A DNA stretch of 64,000 bases. Origin: Iphione sp. A-MEVVRFRX5. Lineage: Eukaryota. Position 1 is the first letter of the stretch; every line of letters begins with the position of its first letter. The position numbers were made by a program, and so were the translations under genes. The notes under the pieces are model-generated. The model saw only the letters and a list, made by a program, of their open reading frames with translations. It had not been told where the DNA came from and ran no database searches. The stretch lies in assembly GCA_976226885.1 (NCBI GenBank), contig OZ320319.1, positions 39,990,001-40,054,000 on the forward strand, in the 5' to 3' direction. Below, piece by piece: positions 58,660 through 64,000 of the stretch.

Positions 58660-61600
58660 GTGAGTATTAATTTCTATTGCGTCTCCTCGTGTATCACCCT
58701 TAAGCTCGGTTTTCTTAGATTGACTTCGAGCTCAATCAATTGGAATTATCTCTGTCGACTTGTAAGTAACCTGACATCGACGTGTAGAGTTATGAACTAA
58801 CTCTACTGCACCGGTAACAAAAGAAATCCCCATTGTCCATCAATTAACAGGAATTTTTCAAGCAAAAAACAACCAGTCGCTCAAGGATTCCGCAAAACAT
58901 CGCCGGGTATTTGAGATTGGGTAAAAAGTAGAATGATACAGATTCATTATGTAGTCCTCCACTAGACAATATAAGCGTTACTGCTGAGAAGCAAGCTGCG
59001 GTAATCACCACAAGTGAAGAGTATTTTCCGTGTCCTGCCTACACATTAGTTGAACTATTCCTGCTAATTGACTGTGCGGACGCTTCATTAGTACCTCATT
59101 GCAGAGTTAGGACGATCTAGGAATGTTTGCCTGCAGTTCTGTATAGTGCTAGCTTTTTAAATCTTCGGAGCCGCCGTTTGAAGTTACACAAAGTGAGTTA
59201 CTCGCCCTGTTGTTTAGTCTTCATGAGCAGATCTATTCATTGGAAGATTTAGGCAGCCTTATGATATCAGTAAAGGATTATGGGGGATACCTTTCTCTTT
59301 AGACTTGTAAAGTTAGTGCCAACTAGTACCATGTTTTACTTTAATTAAATTAAATCAGGCGAGAATTGCGCGCCTGGACACATTTGGCTCACATGTAATT
59401 GGATACTATTACCTAAATAGGGATCTCATAGATTTGGGTTGAGCGCACATTTAAATGCATAGAGCACCTTACGCGCGTGTCCTGGGTATAAAGTGTCTTT
59501 GGATGCATTATCTTTGAAAGGTCCGCTGACTAAGGTTTTCTAACGAAGGAACTGAGGGGAGCTTAATGGCGCAGCTTTTGTGCGCAGCCGGAAGTGATGC
59601 AGCACTTGCGTTCCAGCTGCCCTTAGCGCCGTTGTTTGTAAAGAACATGACGGCTCCAACTCTTTATGTCTCCTCTCAATGTATCCGTGATGCTGTCGGT
59701 TGAAGCTGGAGACGGGAGGAAGACGCTAAACTACCACGCGGGACTAGTAATGGCAATTAAATTACGGCCGGAATGGCTCCACTCTCATTATCCGCTCAGG
59801 CCGGAGGGAGGTATCGGTGGCAGTGTCAGCCGGGAAGTCAGCGTCGCGTGCACACGACCTAAAAACGATTGTGTAAGGTGATACCGTCATGCCGTCAAGA
59901 TCCAGGCGGAACGCACTGAGGGAGGTTGGACGTTGGGTAGGTCGGGGCCTCGTAGAGCGTATCGAAGTTAGAGGGTCGTATTGAACAACCTGAGTGACCA
60001 GGTCGATAGCTGCTAGATAAGAGCGCCTCCAGTGTCTCACTCCCCTCGTCGTGGAGGGCTTTGTCAAGGAGATGTACGCACTGCCATTCGTACACACTCA
60101 CATACTTTCTCACAATTCCTAGCGCCGTGCGCCTCGCAAATTGGCCACTAACAAGCCGTGCTCGCATTAATAGGTCTGATTAGTTCAACACTCGACGCGC
60201 TCGTCCTCACACACGCCAGTTATTAGAACACATAAATCAAGCCTTTTTTCCCCCTCATTTCAACCGTTGTCAAAAGCCCCGAAGCCGGCGCAGTGTGCAT
60301 GCTCTGGTAATGAAACAAAAGCACGTTGCTACTCAAGAGGGAGACAGCTGAGGTATCAGTAATATGCAGTCATCTGGACAAACCTCATCCAGGGACGTAC
60401 CAAGTAGTATAGGAAGAAGGTCGCAATCACCTGGTGTACAGTCGCATCTACTCGATGCTAGTGTTCACAGCATTAATCATAAATAGAAACCACTTAAATC
60501 AGGCAGTGTTTAAGTTATTTAAGTTTATCGTATCCACACAAATACAAATCTGCTAAAGCATTAATCGGTTATGCGCGGATTACCTTACTCTCTACATAAG
60601 GGTTTGGTGAAACATTTAGTATATGGTGGTTTGTGTTACTCAAACTGACCGCAGGCAAGAATACCTTCCCACGTGTTACTCAGGTGGCATTTAGTACATG
60701 GAAGTTATCTCCAATCAAGACTAAAGCAGATTTGTGTTTTCCCATTGAATATCTAGTTCCTTTCTGAATGACAGAAATTTGGACCAGGGTAAATAAATAC
60801 CTAGATGCGAAATCCAGAGGTAGCAACCTTAAGTATTTGCAACAATCAATGCATGTAATTGCAGTCTTTTTAGCGGGATATTGAGTCTTCCATAATTTGA
60901 TTGAACAAAACAGGATGAGCATCACAATCCACACTTCAGTTCAGAGTAGAATTAATACTTTAAATGTATTAAGATAATGGTCTTTCCGCTCCTCCATTAG
61001 AGAGTGTGAGATGACATCAGCCCCTGGGGAATTAATATCTAGCTTCCAAAGAACGATTCTTCCCAGGTAAACAATGGTCCTGCACCTGACCATTGCTAAT
61101 ATAGAAGATGGGAGAACCTGTATAGTGCTCCATGTTAAGTGTGTCTGTGAGCAGCAGTTTCTATTTCATTAAAAGCTAACACGCTTTCCTTGCCAAGAAT
61201 CTACGCAGGTCTGTCCATACAAGGTGGAGCTTAGGTAACCTTCAGAGACCTCATGCTAATGCTTTCCCTCCCGAGCTGCTCGCCGGACAAGGAGCTGTTC
61301 TCTACAAGGATAAACCTTCCACTTGATTACAAGCCCTGCTGCTCTGTTGGAGCTCAAAGTCAGCTGTCATTCAGGGGTCTGCCTCCAGCCAACCATTAAT
61401 GGAGTCTTTTATATTCTTTTTGCTTGAGTAAGATGGGGGATGGGGGCTGTGTAAGTTCTTTCCTATGCATTTTGCGAAAATGCTATAGTGAAAGCAAAAT
61501 TTCCTCTTCTCATCAAGAGGGAAGGAAGGAATGTGCCATTATCTCGTATTGTTTATTTTATGTAAAAATTACCACGCACGATAGTAGTTTAAATAATGTC

Positions 61601-61910
61601 ACTCTGCCTGGTATTAATAGGCAATTGAACTACAGTTTATCATATTTGAATGTACATCTACATGCATACAGAGACCTCACTGTCTGGCAATTTGGTCACG
61701 TGGAAAATTTGTCGGAATATTACCAGGGATCGCCTGAGAAGAGGATGCAGTTTAATTACATATCCATTTAAAATGACCTGTCGTCTGTATAAACATCGTC
61801 GTATAGAGTGAATGATGTCTTACCATGAGACAAGAGTTGACCGTGTTGTGCACCTGTTTTCAAGCTTCCTCGGCCATATGGTAAATGCTCGTATTTGTTC
61901 TTCCTGACAG

Positions 61911-61982
61911 GTCCTTATCGGGTAATGAGCTGAAGGCTGTTCCAGATGGAACCTTCTCCGTCCTGCCCTCACTAAAGCGCCT
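61911..61982 (+). CDS. ADGRA3: Host LRR receptor exon (72 bp, one LRR), ADGRA2/3-like
   Basis: tgacag acceptor and gtaagt donor; encodes SLSGNELKAVPDGTFSVLPSLKR(L); phase 2. Confidence 0.85.
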
Positions 61983-62506
61983 GTAAGTGGAAATTCTCTT
62001 CTATTGAATCGGACATTTTCATTAAGATGGTAATTACCGCGTCATTTGAATCGTAGTCTTAGTTTCCACCTCGACTGAAAACCTATAGAGCAGGCACAGT
62101 GCCGGTGATATGACGTATATTTTGAGTTGTGAAGAAACAAATTGAACTTTTTCTTTTAATAGCCGTACTCCCATCCTTCTTTCTAATGTACATCAGAACG
62201 TTTCCTTCTTCTTTGTAATTCATGTCCTTTCCGAACCGTCTCATTTATGCACAAAGGACATCAACTGTTTCATTTTTCAATTATTGTACTGAGCAGTCTA
62301 GTATCCAACAAGGATTCGATGGGCAGTTATGCCGGTCTTCCGTTTCTCAAAGCCAACCTATTCGTTCTAAGTTTACCTTTGCCCCAGTGCCCCAAAGGCA
62401 GTTGCCTTTTTTCGCCAATCATCTCACTCTGACACAATAACCTTTTTTTTTTATCCCGCCTCGTAAAAGGACAGTGTTAATGTACGTGTTGATCGGCTCG
62501 TTGCAG

Positions 62507-62670
62507 TGACTTTGATTCCGACTACCTAATGTGTGACTGTCACTTGGAATGGATCGTGAAGTGGATGAAGAACAGCACCGTTCGCATCAACGCCGGCACC
62601 ACGTGCGCCGTGCCGTCCGAGCTGCGGGGCCGGCCCGTGAAGAACCTCAAGAGGAAGGACCTCCACTGCA
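62507..62670 (+). CDS. ADGRA3: Host LRRCT exon (164 bp), ADGRA2/3-like
   Basis: ttgcag acceptor and gtgagt donor; encodes DFDSDYLMCDCHLEWIVKWMKNSTVRINAGTTCAVPSELRGRPVKNLKRKDLHC. This resembles the ADGRA3 segment EFQTEYLLCDCNILWMHRWVK as I recall it. The 72/72/72/~160 bp exon pattern also fits that family. Confidence 0.85.
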
Positions 62671-64000
62671 GTGAGTAAAACACATCCCCGCCGTACAGGC
62701 ACGTAGCTTTCAGCCCCACCCCCACCCCCGCCCTTCTAAATCCTGCACGCCCAGCGACCCCTGGTGGCTTTCGCAACACCCCGCATCCCTGACCCGTGAT
62801 TTGTGAGCTCGCGCAGTGTGTGCAGGTGAGCGAATTATTCAGCCTATCGGCGTTATGGACAGGCTCCTGTCTGCTGGATACTTAACCGCCTCAAAAAACC
62901 CATTGGTCATACAGGGATGAGATGGTGCCAACCCCCCGTCGTACTTCCTTCCTAAGGCGACGCTTAGTTGAATTGCCATCGTCAGTATTGCACCGTTATC
63001 CTAGGTCGAAGACAAATGCGAAAGATAAGCCCCAAATCTACATATATCAGAAACCCCCCTTTAGGGAAATATAATGCGTAGGATGGGACATGTGTGCGGA
63101 ATCTGCTTGTTTGTGGTGAAGGTGGTGAGTGGGTCATTTGAATGATCTTTTAATACTATTAAAAGTAAAAGGCTTCGTCAGTCTAGCCTAGATAGCGTTT
63201 TTTTCCTGGGCGCGGTGTCTGAATGAGAAGAATGCAGCTCATTATGTTCTATAATATATCCAAATTCCTTTATAAGGAAAAACCGTGAGGATGGTCTGTA
63301 ATATAGATGCCATTCGGCCTGTCGTTTCCATATCGGGCGATGACATCAAATGAAGTTGCGGCACATTATGGTGATGAATGGTGTATAGATATTGGCCGTT
63401 CTTTCCTTTTTTGAATTCATTTTTAGTTCTAATATTTCTTGGATGCGTCAAGTATGGAGCCAGTTTGCTCGCCTCAATAACAGGTCGTGCCACGAGCCTG
63501 ATAGAGATCTAAATGTGACGCGTGCCTCCCCCTGGCGGCTCGTGGGCTGATCGCACACGACACCGAATGGTACAAATTCCAACGTTAACTTAATTTGCTC
63601 CACACAGAATGACCCCGCGGTCCCAGCTGGGGCCATAACCGCAAGTGATTCCTCTCCCCACCCAACCGTCCGCCCCCCAACCTCCAGACACGTCCTACCT
63701 CTCCCCCTCTCCTGTCTCCATCCCGGCGCTGCTATCGGTGGCACTGTGCAATAATGTTGGACTCATCTCACGGAGGGAGGCTCGCGGTCAAAGCGGACAA
63801 GGTCGCTTTACTAAGGAACGGCGCCAAAACGTGTCTCCCATAGAATATGCCTGTTTTTTTTAGTTTGCATGATCAGCGTGCACCTATGATCTTATAGCAT
63901 GTTACTCCTCAGTCTTAGAGAAGACAGAGAGTAGAAGAAACCGAGAGGAAAACAAGAGTTAGCATAGGAGAGGAGGAAACAGTAGGGGTTCGAGAGACTG

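Overview
Eukaryotic (animal, probably marine invertebrate) scaffold with five N-gaps. Three structures explain most of the signal. (1) Four + strand exons (13717-13788, 58588-58659, 61911-61982, 62507-62670) of a host LRR/LRRCT receptor resembling adhesion GPCR ADGRA2/3 (GPR124/125). (2) Inside its ~44.8 kb intron, a near full-length L2/CR1-group LINE on the - strand with open ORF1 and ORF2 (~22.7-27.6 kb). (3) In the same intron, a complete ~20.7 kb Polinton/Maverick (28088-48811) with AGTAGT termini, short ~64-68 bp TIRs and a perfect 6-bp TSD (GACGAT). It carries open pPolB, packaging ATPase, integrase, minor and major capsid proteins, a basic core-like protein and an adenain protease. The most notable observations are in this element: a NADAR/YbiA-like domain fused to the pPolB C-terminus; a divergent pair of mini-LRR, mucin-stalk type I membrane proteins, one with a spliced ~440-aa proline-rich tail; a spliced PC4-like candidate ssDNA-binding protein; and a leader exon that fits in frame onto both pPolB and the ATPase. 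The LINE ORF1 has an ExFxGF (LEDGF/TND-interacting-like) motif. All domain calls are by-eye motif recognition; no searches were run. The rest is intronic DNA with microsatellites and unassignable decayed fragments.
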